A DNA stretch of 62,184 bases, filler included, from Nitrospinota bacterium (GTDB lineage: Bacteria > JAUXIQ01), in NCBI GenBank assembly GCA_030620925.1. It is 11 parts of 11 records of this genome, joined end to end, with 100 filler letters (N's around TTAATTAATTAA, not from the genome) between each part and the next. Parts side by side here need not be neighbours in the genome. Positions count along the whole stretch, not along the records: positions 37,597 to 41,632 come from JAUXIQ010000261.1; positions 41,733 to 45,410 come from JAUXIQ010000290.1; positions 45,511 to 51,749 come from JAUXIQ010000127.1; 8 more parts are not named here. One strand, given 5' to 3'. Of this stretch, positions 38,907-49,435 are shown piece by piece. Below the pieces are notes generated by a model, which did not search any database, was not told where the DNA came from, and saw only the letters and a program-made list of their open reading frames with translations. The first letter of the stretch is position 1; each line of letters starts with the position of its first letter. A program made the translations under genes and the position numbers.

Positions 38907-40295
38907 ATGAAAAAGAGAATATACGGGCTGGAGTGCGAATACGGTATAATCTATACCTCCAACGGCATAAAAACCCTTCCCGTGGAAAAGGTGGTGAGAT
39001 ACCTTTTTGAGAAACTCATCACCACCGAGAGTTTCCTCAACGTCTTTCTGGAAAACGGCGCCCGAATCTACCTGGATACCGGATGCCACCCCGAATATGC
39101 CACGCCCGAAGTCACCAATCTCATGGACCTCCTCCGATACGATAAGGCGGGGGAAAGGTTGATGCAGGACCTGTTGCATCACGCCGAGGGACGGCTCAGA
39201 GATACGGGCATGACCGGCAATCTTTCTATTTTCAAAAACAACACCGACTTCTCGGGAAACTCATACGGCTGCCACGAAAACTACCTGGTGGAGCGCACCT
39301 CGGATTTCTATCACATGGCAGAACAGCTCATCCCTTTCCTGGTTACCAGACAGGTATTCGCAGGGGCGGGGAAAGTGGTGCAGACCAGATGGGGCACCGA
39401 CTATTTCATCTCCCAGAGAGCGGAACACATCTGCCACACCATATCCGGCACTACCACCAACGACCGCAGCATTATCAATACCCGCGATGAGCCTCACGCC
39501 GATAAGGAAAAATACCGTCGCCTGCATGTCATCGTGGGCGACTCCAACATGTCCGAATACACCACCTATCTGAAGGTGGGCACCACTGATATAGTGCTGC
39601 AGATGATCGAACAAGGGTTCATCAAACAGGATTTCGCCATCAGAAACCCGGTAAAATCCCTGCGGGACATCTCCCACGATGTCACCTGCAAGAAAAAGCT
39701 GAGACTGGATGACGGGCGCAAGGTCTCCGCCGTGGAATTACAGAAGGAATATCTGGAGCTGGCCCACAAATTTTTCGCCATGCAGCGGCCCAACCCCGTC
39801 ATTAATGACATCCTCGACAAATGGGAATACGTCCTCCACCATCTTGATCAGGAGCCTATGGAGCTCCACAGGGAAATAGACTGGGTCATCAAGAAACAGT
39901 TGATCGAAAACTTCCGCACCAAAAAGGACATCCCCTGGAACAGCCATCGCATCCTCATGTTGGACCTGCAGTACCACGACATCAGGGAAAACAAGGGCCT
40001 CTTCTATAAACTTGAAGAGAATGGACTGGTTGAGAGAATCCTCAACGAGGATGAGATATTGCAAGCCATGGTCGACCCTCCAACGGACACCAGAGCCAAA
40101 CTGCGGGGAGATTTCATTAAGATGGCCAAGCGGCTGAACATCAGGTACGACCTGGATTGGAGCTACATCCGATTGGGGAGCCTCCTGAACATCCGCATGA
40201 TGTGCAAGAACCCCTTCCAGAATAATATAGATAAACTGACAGAGCTTCAGCGGAAACTCGAGAGGTCTCCGTCAAAGCGGTTCTTTACGCTCTGA
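38907..40295 (+). CDS. pafA: Pup--protein ligase (PafA-like)
   Basis: RIYGLECEYG, NGARIYLD, HPEYATPE, SYGCHENY, INTRDEPHAD, DLQYHD; no apparent Dop loop; located after prcA. Confidence 0.88.
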   Translation: MKKRIYGLECEYGIIYTSNGIKTLPVEKVVRYLFEKLITTESFLNVFLENGARIYLDTGCHPEYATPEVTNLMDLLRYDKAGERLMQDLLHHAEGRLRDTGMTGNLSIFKNNTDFSGNSYGCHENYLVERTSDFYHMAEQLIPFLVTRQVFAGAGKVVQTRWGTDYFISQRAEHICHTISGTTTNDRSIINTRDEPHADKEKYRRLHVIVGDSNMSEYTTYLKVGTTDIVLQMIEQGFIKQDFAIRNPVKSLRDISHDVTCKKKLRLDDGRKVSAVELQKEYLELAHKFFAMQRPNPVINDILDKWEYVLHHLDQEPMELHREIDWVIKKQLIENFRTKKDIPWNSHRILMLDLQYHDIRENKGLFYKLEENGLVERILNEDEILQAMVDPPTDTRAKLRGDFIKMAKRLNIRYDLDWSYIRLGSLLNIRMMCKNPFQNNIDKLTELQRKLERSPSKRFFTL

Positions 40296-40403
40296 TGGGG
40301 TTTGGGGAACCTCTCTGCGATAGACCGCCCCACCCTGCTTAGGGGAGGAGCGCGTTGTATAAAGCTCTTAGTTTAATATTCCAACAGTAAAATCAGGTAA
40401 GGC

Positions 40404-41504
40404 ATGTCTGAAAAACTGAACGTAGCCGTCATCTTCGGGGGACAATCGGGGGAACACGAGGTCTCTCTGGCATCCGCTGCTTCCGTCATAGAAGCATTAA
40501 ATCCGGCCAAATATAACGTTATACCCATCGGCATCACTAAGAGCGGGGGTTGGCTCACCTCAGGCGACGCCATGAAGAGGCTGCTAGCTGCTCCGGAAGA
40601 CGACCCGAAGACAACCACAAAACCGGCTGAAGAGAAAGAATTATACCTGCTGCCCCTTGAAAAGGGGTCGGGAAAGGCGAACCCTTCCAACACGCTAGAC
40701 GTGGCATTCCCGGTGCTCCACGGCCCCTACGGAGAAGACGGGACTGTTCAGGGTCTCCTGGAGCTTGCCGGTATCCCATACGTGGGCGCGGGAGTCCTGG
40801 CATCATCAGTGGGTATGGACAAAGAGAAGATGAAAACGCTCTTCGCCCACAGAGGTCTTCCCCAGGTAAATTACACCTCTTTCCTGAGAAAACATTGGGA
40901 AGCCGACGCCATCAAGATAGTGGAAAATATCGAGGAGGAAATAGGCTATCCCGTTTTCGTAAAACCCTGCAACCTGGGCTCCAGCGTGGGCATAAGCAAA
41001 GCTAAGGGGCGCCGTGAGCTGAAGCAATCAGTCAATCTGGCCTGCGGATACGACCGCAAAATCATAGTGGAAGAGGGTCTCGAGTGCCGGGAAGTGGAAT
41101 GCAGCGTCCTGGGCAACGACGAGCCGCAGGCATCTCTGGCGGGAGAAATTGTCCCCAAAAGAGAGTTCTACGATTACGAGGCCAAATACACCGAGGGCCT
41201 CTCCGAAATAATCATCCCCGCACCCATTGACCAAACGCTGATGACCAGAGCACGGAAAATAGCCCTGGAGGCGTTCAAAGCCATAGACTGCTGCGGGATG
41301 GCCCGTGTAGACCTGTTTCTTGAAAAAGACAGCAAGAACATTTATCTAAACGAAATAAATACTATCCCCGGTTTCACCTCCACCAGCGTATACGCCCGCC
41401 TGTGGGAAGCCACCGGAATAGGATACCCACAACTGCTGGAAAGGCTCATCGAGCTCGCCCTGGAGCGCCACCAGGAAAAAAAGCGCTCCCTACCCCCCGC
41501 CTGA
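40404..41504 (+). CDS. ddl: D-alanine--D-alanine ligase
   Basis: GGQSGEHEVS, LHGPYGEDG, GSSVG, NEINTIPG. Confidence 0.95.
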   Translation: MSEKLNVAVIFGGQSGEHEVSLASAASVIEALNPAKYNVIPIGITKSGGWLTSGDAMKRLLAAPEDDPKTTTKPAEEKELYLLPLEKGSGKANPSNTLDVAFPVLHGPYGEDGTVQGLLELAGIPYVGAGVLASSVGMDKEKMKTLFAHRGLPQVNYTSFLRKHWEADAIKIVENIEEEIGYPVFVKPCNLGSSVGISKAKGRRELKQSVNLACGYDRKIIVEEGLECREVECSVLGNDEPQASLAGEIVPKREFYDYEAKYTEGLSEIIIPAPIDQTLMTRARKIALEAFKAIDCCGMARVDLFLEKDSKNIYLNEINTIPGFTSTSVYARLWEATGIGYPQLLERLIELALERHQEKKRSLPPA

Positions 41505-41533
41505 CACCATTCCTTCTTAGCACAGCCCTTTTT

Positions 41534-41561
41534 GTAGAGACAATTCATGAATTGTCTCTAC
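41534..41561. repeat. GTAG-family REP palindrome
   Basis: GTAGAGACAATTCATGAATTGTCTCTAC, perfect palindrome. Confidence 0.75.
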
Positions 41562-41732
41562 GTGAGAATGCGGTTTTCACGTATATTATTTTTAATCGCG
41601 GCATCTTGCCCCCGCCGCCCCCGCGTAGAAGCNNNNNNNNNNNNNNNNNNNNNNNNNNNNNNNNNNNNNNNNNNNNTTAATTAATTAANNNNNNNNNNNN
41701 NNNNNNNNNNNNNNNNNNNNNNNNNNNNNNNN

Positions 41733-42382
41733 ATCTCCGGTATGAGGATAACGTCCGCGGCGGCTGCAACGCCGGAGTTAAGAGCGATCCAGCCGGCGTA
41801 TCTCCCCATGAGCTCCACCACCATGACCCTGTCGTGTGCCTTTGCTGTTGAATGAAGCTTCTCGATGGCTTCGGTGGCGGTGGACACCGCGGTGTCGAAA
41901 CCGAAAGTTATCACCGTTTCCGAAAGGTCGTTATCAATGGTCTTGGGTACGCCTACGACCGGTATACCCTTCTCATAAAACTTCTGGGCGATGCTAAGGC
42001 TTCCATCCCCCCCTATGGCCACCAGTGCGTCCAACTTCTTTTTGTGGAAATTTTCCACAACTTTGTCGGATATGTCCTTTGTCTTGAGGCGGCCACTCTT
42101 CGTATCGTAAGGATACTCGAAAGGGTTCCCCCTGCTGGCCGCGCCCAGTATCGAGCCGCCCAGGTTGGTGAGCCCTTCCACTTCGGCGGCGGTAAACCTG
42201 CGCAGACCTTTGAGATCGATCAAGCCCTGATAGCCGTGAGTTATTCCGTAGACTTCCCAGCCCTTTTCCAGGCCGCATAGGACCACGGCCCGTATCACCG
42301 CGTTGAGTCCGGGGGCGTCGCCGCCACCGGTATTGATTGCGATGCGCTTAATTTCTTTCGGTCTGGGTTTTTTGCTGCTCAC
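41733..42382 (-). CDS. pfkA: 6-phosphofructokinase (3'-truncated)
   Basis: GGGDAPGLN, GGDGS, PKTIDND, ELMGR. Confidence 0.92.
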
Positions 42383-42494
42383 CGTCCGGCACTCCGTCGC
42401 TCTCCAGTATGGATATGCGGCTCAACGAGTGAGAATACATTAAAGGGGGGATTTTTACAAGCGGTGTCCATACTCGCTGGTGAGGGCGTTTGCC

Positions 42495-43718
42495 TCAACT
42501 GAAGACCATGCCTGCGAAGCTAACCGTGGCGTCTTCATCGGGCCACTGAGAATATTTGAGGAGTTTTCCCCGACCGGGTTCGATAACTTTCAACATCGTA
42601 TAGATGGATGGAAAGCCGCAGACGCGGCGCCTGTCTTTATCGCGCGCTATGTGGCGGAAAAGGCCGACTTCGTCACCCGCTTCAACCAGTTGGAGCAGCT
42701 CGGTGTCTTCGTTGGCTATTATGCTCAGGCTGGCGGAGTCGATCGGTTCCTGGTCCCCGAACCTGGGACCCATGTGACTCAAATCTGCGCTGGCGATGAC
42801 ACAGACCTTTTTCCCCGAGCCGGTTATATAGTCTCGCAAGGCGTCGATGAACTGTTTCACTGTCGGGTCCTGTTCGGGCTCGACGCCTTCGTCTACATAC
42901 TGGTGGAAAGAGCCGCACAAAACGGGCAGAATGGCAACGTTATCAGCATCCCGGCAGGCGAATTTTATGAATACCGCCTGCAGCTCCACAGAATGTTCGC
43001 CCCGATGGGTCAGCTCATCATCGAAAATTCCAGTGCCGCACTTATCCGAGAGCACCTGGACGAGCTCTTTGTCGGTTTCAAGCGTTCCCAGGGGAGTCTC
43101 GAAATCCTTGGCGGTCAAGACGTAGGGGCCGCCGGTAGCCACGTGCGCCGTGCCCAGTATTACGTACACCTCGGCGCGGGGGCGCGCCATTATTTCTTTG
43201 TAGACCCAGGCGTAGGTGTGGCCACCGCGGGGGTAATCGATATGGGGGACGACTGCCCCTTTAATTGTTTCTCCGGGGATGGAAGTTGCTACGTCGCCCG
43301 GCCCTTCTTGATGGTTGAAGTAACCGGCAAGCACTTCTTGGAGCTGCTCCGGCTCTGCAGGATAACTCTTTCCCGCCAGCGCCGCTTCCCGCACAGTGGA
43401 GGCTCTGAACTCGTTCAACAGCTCCTCTTTATGGGCCTCAAAAAGCTCGCTCTCCAGGAACAGGTTGTCATCCAGTTGTTTAATCAGCTCTTCTATGTTT
43501 TCGCTGTGTATGAGCTCCCCGGCCTGCCGCATGAACTCCGCCTGAATATCCCTAAGCGAGTGTTGGCCGTCGAATAATCTTATAATGTACAAGGTTTCCA
43601 TGGGCATGAAGACCACCTTGTCGGTGTAATTGAAAGTATCCCTCATGCACAGGACCTTCTGGCCGCTTACCTCGGCAGGAAAGACCTCTATGCCGGGTCT
43701 CAGTTTAGGGTTTTCCAT
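42495..43718 (-). CDS. AmmeMemoRadiSam system protein B (Memo-like) with N-terminal extension
   Basis: AGKSYP, PHID, EHSVELQ, SADLSH, CG. Confidence 0.88.
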   Translation of the reverse strand: MENPKLRPGIEVFPAEVSGQKVLCMRDTFNYTDKVVFMPMETLYIIRLFDGQHSLRDIQAEFMRQAGELIHSENIEELIKQLDDNLFLESELFEAHKEELLNEFRASTVREAALAGKSYPAEPEQLQEVLAGYFNHQEGPGDVATSIPGETIKGAVVPHIDYPRGGHTYAWVYKEIMARPRAEVYVILGTAHVATGGPYVLTAKDFETPLGTLETDKELVQVLSDKCGTGIFDDELTHRGEHSVELQAVFIKFACRDADNVAILPVLCGSFHQYVDEGVEPEQDPTVKQFIDALRDYITGSGKKVCVIASADLSHMGPRFGDQEPIDSASLSIIANEDTELLQLVEAGDEVGLFRHIARDKDRRRVCGFPSIYTMLKVIEPGRGKLLKYSQWPDEDATVSFAGMVFS

Positions 43719-43839
43719 GCTCTTCTTTCCTTATTTAATTTGCATGATGCCTCATATTATTTTCACCCCCACCTTAAATCCTCCCCAACGCAACGCCCCG
43801 CGGCAGTCGGGACTACGCACAGAATGACAATACACGAAA

Positions 43840-44021
43840 TAGGGGCGGTCCCGCGTGTGGCGGGATCAAAACCGCCCTATCGGGGCGTATCGCAGTACGC
43901 CCCTACGATCGCGCCTGGAAGGCGCTCCTACGTAATTAAACTGCTATAGGAGCAGCATTCCGTGGCAGGTTGGACTGCACCTGCAAAATGAAAATGTAGG
44001 GGCAACCCTTGTGGTTGCCCT
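43840..44021. repeat. Cluster of GTAG-family REP elements
   Basis: TAGGGGCGG..ACCGCCCTA, GGGGCGTATCGCAGTACGCCCCTAC, ATCGCGCCTGGAAGGCGCTCCTAC, GTAGGGGCAACCCTTGTGGTTGCCCT. Confidence 0.85.
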
Positions 44022-44329
44022 GAACAAGAGATTTCGCTAACAGTTAATTTTCCCCTACCAGTGATGGCAAGAGCCGTGTCCTACAGCAGGCCGGATTTGC
44101 ACGGTCAGGCGAGAGTCTTCGTGCCGCGGTAATGCGCCCTTTTCGGCTTTGTTTTTTAATATCTTGTAATTTCATAATGGATTATTCGTTGCCGGTCAAT
44201 ATAATAATGATGCGGTTGGGAATAACAGGGTAAATCCAGCATCCCGCGGTATTGGAAAGGTGTAAGAAGACTACTCTTATGATCGGGGTCGCTGAATGAT
44301 CAAAATGTTAATCGGAGGAGGAAATCGAG

Positions 44330-45410
44330 ATGGCGCAGGGAAACGGCATAGAGATAAAAAGGGCCGCATGCTATCAGTGCTGGTGGCAGTGCGGGGTAAA
44401 GGTTCACGTAAAAGAGGGGAAAGAGATAGTCAAAATCGAGGGGGACTCCGATAACGCCATGGGCGGCCGGGGGCAACTGTGCGTGAAAGCCAGCGCTGCC
44501 ATCGATTTCCACGACAGCCCCAACCGTTTGAACTACCCCATGAAACGGGCGGGCGCTCGCGGGGAGTTGAAGTGGGAACGCATAAGCTGGGAGCGGGCCC
44601 TGGACGAGATAGCCGAGAAGCTGGGACGCATAAAGAGGGAATACGGCCCTGAAGCGCTCATGATAATCGGCGGGACACAGCACGGCGTGGCCGACTGGGC
44701 CTCCTGGCGCTTCGCCAATATGTGGGGCACCCCGAACATTTACCACCAGGGCAAGAACTGCGGCGAGGCCGAGTTCCTGGCCATGTGTGCGGTATACGGG
44801 TATACCACTCGCTCTTTCGGAGGCGGCGCCAAAGCCGGAATGACCAAATGCATCATCAACTGGGGCGCCAACACGGCCGAATCGGGCCATCTCGGTTTCA
44901 GGGCCATCATGCGGGCCAGGGATCAGGGGGCCAAACTGGTTGTGGTGGACCCCCGGCGGACCAAGACGGTTGACGAAGCGGATATATGGGTCCAGTTGCG
45001 CCCCGGCACCGACGGCGCGCTGGCGCTGGGTATGATGAACGTCATCATCGGGGAGGGCCTCTACGACAACGAGTTCGTCGATAAATGGTGTTTGGGGTTC
45101 GATCAACTGAAGGAAGTGGCCTTAAAATGGACGCCTCAGCGCACTTCGGAGGTGACCTGGGTGCCCGCGGAGACCATCGTGGAGGTGGCCCGTCTTTACG
45201 CCACCAGTAAACCCGCCCACCTCACCTGGGGCGTGGCAACCTGCCAGCTCGGCCGCGGCACGAAAGGTGCGGTGAAATCCGCCGTGCTGGGAAAGTGTAT
45301 CCTTCGGGCCATCACCGGAAACGTGGGGGCCATCGGCGGCGACCCCTTCATGGACCATCCCTACAATATCAACTGGATAGACAACCTCAAGTGGGACATG
45401 CTCCTTGACC
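44330..45410 (+). CDS. DMSO-reductase-superfamily Mo/W-bisPGD oxidoreductase (3'-truncated)
   Basis: CYQCWWQCG...LCVK 4Fe-4S motif, RLNYPMKR, WGAN, VVVDPR, RPGTDGALALG; no Tat signal. Confidence 0.9.
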
Positions 45411-45510
45411 NNNNNNNNNNNNNNNNNNNNNNNNNNNNNNNNNNNNNNNNNNNNTTAATTAATTAANNNNNNNNNNNNNNNNNNNNNNNNNNNNNNNNNN
45501 NNNNNNNNNN

Positions 45511-46019
45511 AGGTGCTCAAGCAGGTACCCGCCGATGCTTGGCCCGAGGGCGTAAGGGATGAGCGTGGCGCCCACGCTGAAAACGCCCAGTCCCGTCCCC
45601 CTCTCATCGTGCGGGAAGGTTTCCACCAGAATAGCTACGCCCAAGGGCCAGATAGCCCCTCCGCCCAACCCCTGCAAGACTCGAAAAAATATCAGTGACT
45701 CCACGTTCCATGCAATTGCACATAACCCCGAGCTTAAAGTGAACAACCCCACGCAGCCCTGATACAGCTTTTTGTACCCGATTACCTCCGAAAACCAGCC
45801 CATGCTGCCCATAATCACCGTGGAAGAGAGGAGATAGCCCACCTGGACCCACTGGATGGAATCCACCGTGGCACCCATGGAGGACATTACTTTGGGAAGA
45901 CCGATGGGAACCATCAGATAGTTTAACTCGGTCATCATGGAGCAGATGAACAGCGAGAAGGTGAGGTGCCACTTGTAGCGAGGATTCAGTTTTACGTACT
46001 CGGTGTATTCTAAACTCAT
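45511..46019 (-). CDS. DHA2 MFS permease (3'-truncated)
   Basis: WVQVGY, FRVLQGLGGG, GPSIGG. Confidence 0.85.
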
Positions 46020-46343
46020 ATCCGGAGGCCCTGGAAAGAAGACATATTCGCTGAATTACAAGTATCTTTTTATATCACAGATTCAGCCGGTTTGACACGC
46101 AACAATAAACCACCGCTAAATAGGAGATTACCCCTTACCGCGCAAGCCACAAAGGAGGCTGCATCAACCTATTAAACCGTGGACAGTCGTAGAGGTTTGA
46201 AGTATAATTCCAAAGGACTTATCTGGTAAGGGATGAGCCAGTATTATTCCATATTATTCTACCAGCACCAACCGGCTCCACCGTGGAGCTTCCAATATTA
46301 GGGTTTAAGCTCCGTGAACCCTCCTGCCTCCGGGAGCTTGAGA

Positions 46344-47081
46344 ATGTCAGGAAAACAATGCAAATGGATGGCTATAATCGTGACCGCTCTGTTTTTGCTG
46401 GGCTTAAGCGACCGTCTAGCAGCCGAAGAGGACTACATGGCGGCTTTACAGCTTTTGAGCATCGAAGGAGATACGAAAGCCCCGGATTTTGAACTCCCTG
46501 CGGTTAAAGTTACCCACACAATATCAGAAAATGGTGAAAATAAGTCTCAGGTAAATAAAGAGGAGGTAAATACGGAAACAGACGAAACCGGTAATACCAA
46601 AGTCACCGGTTCATGGGAAAAAATATTGAAATGGGCCCAGCAGAGATGGGGCACAATGGAGAGCGCTGACGAGAGAGAAGGACTTGAAAAGATAAACCTC
46701 AGTGATTATAGAGGGAGCGTAGTATTCCTCAATTTCTGGGCCACCTGGTGTCCTCCCTGCAGGGAGGAAATGCCCGACATAGAAAAGCTTAACCAGCGTC
46801 TGAAAGACACCAATTTAGCCATTCTGGCTATTTCCATAGATGTTACGGGAAGCAAGGCGGTCAGGCCGTACATGGAGGAGAAAGGCTTCACCTTTCCCGC
46901 CCTGCTTGACCCTGACCGGAAAGTCACCCGAAAGTACGGCGTCATTTCTCTACCGACAACTTTTCTGATAGATTGCGGAGGCTCCCTCGTAGCCAAAGCC
47001 ATTGGGCCCCGCAAATGGGACGACGGAAATGCGTTAAAACTCATTAAACGCCTTCAAGCGGAGCCTCGATGCAAAGGATAA
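46344..47081 (+). CDS. TlpA/ResA-like disulfide reductase (exported)
   Basis: Signal peptide, APDFEL, NFWATWCPPCREEMP. Confidence 0.9.
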   Translation: MSGKQCKWMAIIVTALFLLGLSDRLAAEEDYMAALQLLSIEGDTKAPDFELPAVKVTHTISENGENKSQVNKEEVNTETDETGNTKVTGSWEKILKWAQQRWGTMESADEREGLEKINLSDYRGSVVFLNFWATWCPPCREEMPDIEKLNQRLKDTNLAILAISIDVTGSKAVRPYMEEKGFTFPALLDPDRKVTRKYGVISLPTTFLIDCGGSLVAKAIGPRKWDDGNALKLIKRLQAEPRCKG

Positions 47082-47124
47082 CCAATATAACTGCCCTGCG
47101 ATTTTGAATGAAATACCTTGAAGG

Positions 47125-48099
47125 ATGAAAAGTAAAATGAAAATATTCATAAGAAGTAAAATTAGGCGAACCATAAGCTTCGCGGCCCTGATCCTTCTGG
47201 CCCTCGGCGCTCTTGCCCTTCCTTCGCCCCCCGCCGCCGCAGGACAGGAAACGGGTATACGGATCAAGTGGCTTAAAGTATCTATATGGCCGGAGTATGA
47301 CGACCCCCGGGTGCTGGTCATCTACCATGGAGTATTTGAGAATGTGCCCTCTTTTCCGACCTGGGCCGATTTCTATATCCCATCATAAGCAGCGTTAGTG
47401 GGCGCGGGCATCGATACACCGGAAGGCAAGATGTTGTTGCAGGAATACAAGATTAAACAGAAAAACGGCCGCACAGTGTTATCCGTCAATATCAGCCTGC
47501 CTTCTTTTTTCTTCGAATATTATTACAACCCCTTTTCAGGCGGGGAGCTCAAGTCCTTCGAGCAGAAGATAGAAAACACATACCCCGTGGTGAGCATGGC
47601 GGTGGATATTCAGAGACCTCTCAAAGCTGAGAACTTCTCCCTCACCCCAGAACCCGCTGAGAGCTTCACGGACCCCCGCGGACTGACCTATTTCAAGTAT
47701 TTTTTAGAAAACCTGAAGGCAGAGAGCAGCGCGAATTTCATGGTCTCTTACAAAAAAGACGATCCCCACCCGTCGATAGTCAAAAAAATACCGATAACAG
47801 CGCGAGAGGGGGAAGGCTCCGTTGAGCAGGGTAAAAGAGGAACACCCAAAATTATAACCGGCTTAAGCAGCAAAGTCCTCGTGGGCATTATTCTAATCGT
47901 CGCAGCGGCTCTTGTGGCCATCGTCATGATTATGAGAAAAGAACCCGAAAAGAAAGAAGAGGATACCGCCCGCCGTGAGGCGAAACAGGCCGCTTCGATG
48001 AAAGACCTGAATTTTTGTATCAACTGTGGGGCACAAATTGAGAGCGACTACAAATTCTGTCCCGGCTGCGGGCAGCCCACGGAAAGAGGACATCGATGA
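47125..48099 (+). pseudogene. Exported membrane-anchored protein with C-terminal zinc ribbon, interrupted by an in-frame TAA at 47386-47388
   Basis: ORFs 47125-47388 and 47398-48099 share a frame; signal peptide, WPEYDDPRVLVI, TM, FCINCG..FCPGCG. Confidence 0.75.
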
Positions 48100-48752
48100 C
48101 CGATAAGAATGCAATAGAACCCCCGGAAGCCGACCAGGGAGAAGAAGCCGGAATCGAAAAGGAAAAGAAGGCCATCGGGTACCTGATAGTTTTCCCAATA
48201 CTGGTGTTGGCTGCCATAGTAGTCCTTTTCATGGTCTTCGGCGAAAGAGAGGTGCGGGAAAAGGTTACTCCCCTAAAAATAGGAGACATGGCGCCGGATT
48301 TCACCTACCCGGACCTTAACGGCAACCTAGTAACACTCTCGTCTTATCGGGGAAAAGTGGTTTTTATAAATGTCTGGGCCACCTGGTGCCCCACCTGCGT
48401 GGACGAAATGCCCTCAATGGAAAAAGCCTACCAACGACTTAAAGGAAAGGATTTCGAAATTCTGGCCGTGAGCATAGACGTCCTCGGAAAGCAGGTGGTT
48501 GAACCCTTCATGGAAATATATAAGCTCACCTTCCCCGCCCTGCTGGACAACGAAGGTAAGATTAAAAGGCTCTACGCCACCACGGGCGTTCCCGAGAGCT
48601 TCATTCTGGATAAGGAAGGCCGCATATCCTTTATCGCAATCGGGCCTAGAGACTGGTCTACACCTTCCGTTATGGAGTTTTTAGAAAAACTCATCGCCCG
48701 GAAACAAGAAACAACAAGGGATACTAACCAGGAAAAGGGCAATTCTCAGTAA
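48096..48752 (+). CDS. TlpA/ResA-like disulfide reductase (membrane-anchored)
   Basis: TM, APDF, NVWATWCPTCVDEMP, GVPESF. Confidence 0.9.
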   Translation: MTDKNAIEPPEADQGEEAGIEKEKKAIGYLIVFPILVLAAIVVLFMVFGEREVREKVTPLKIGDMAPDFTYPDLNGNLVTLSSYRGKVVFINVWATWCPTCVDEMPSMEKAYQRLKGKDFEILAVSIDVLGKQVVEPFMEIYKLTFPALLDNEGKIKRLYATTGVPESFILDKEGRISFIAIGPRDWSTPSVMEFLEKLIARKQETTRDTNQEKGNSQ

Positions 48753-48756
48753 TCGC

Positions 48757-49260
48757 TCAACTGCCTCCGTGCTCGGCAAGCTCCTTCCGCCAGTGGTGAA
48801 GAAGCTGCAGGTGCTTCTCCTCTTCTTCCACCAACAGGGCAAACGCCCTCTTGCCTTCCTCGTTTCCGGTAGCTTCCCCGGCTATCTTATACAGCTCCAG
48901 AGAGTCTTTCTCGGACTGGATAGCGAGATGAATGGCCTCTATCTCACTACCCGATTCCTCCAACCTTCCCGCAACCCTCTGCTGGTCAGGGAAGGCGCCC
49001 CCTGCCATCAGGCGCTGTAAATGCGCTGCCATGAGCTCTTCATCCGCCCAATAGGCCTCATCAGACTCACACAGAGGGAGCAGCTTCTCCTCCACCACTT
49101 TTATATGATACTCCTCCTCAAACGCCAACTGTTTGAAAATATCCTTTAGTGACCTGTGGGATACCTTTTCCGCCAGAGACCGATAAAAACCACTCCCCTT
49201 TCGCTCCATCTCCAGGGCCATTCGCAGAGCATCATACCCTCGGTAACTCTGCTCTTCCAT
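48757..49260 (-). CDS. Rubrerythrin-like ferritin-family diiron protein
   Basis: ALEMERKG..FY, EEEYH, EKDS..LY, EEEKH. Confidence 0.85.
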   Translation of the reverse strand: MEEQSYRGYDALRMALEMERKGSGFYRSLAEKVSHRSLKDIFKQLAFEEEYHIKVVEEKLLPLCESDEAYWADEELMAAHLQRLMAGGAFPDQQRVAGRLEESGSEIEAIHLAIQSEKDSLELYKIAGEATGNEEGKRAFALLVEEEEKHLQLLHHWRKELAEHGGS

Positions 49261-49435
49261 TTCCTATCCCTCCCGCGCCAAAGAGGCGCCTTATCGCCCC
49301 AATTCCGGTTCACTACGCTTTTTGATGAACATATCACTTAACCTGACTCAACATCAACACCGGGAACACGAATAGGGATGCCTACTCGGGAAGTATAAAA
49401 ATACGGTTAACCTCTGTTCGACACACGGTCGACCA

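Noticed and set aside
47386-47388. Recoding (Sec/Pyl) at the internal stop
   Set aside because: The codon is TAA, and TAA terminates many normal genes in this window.
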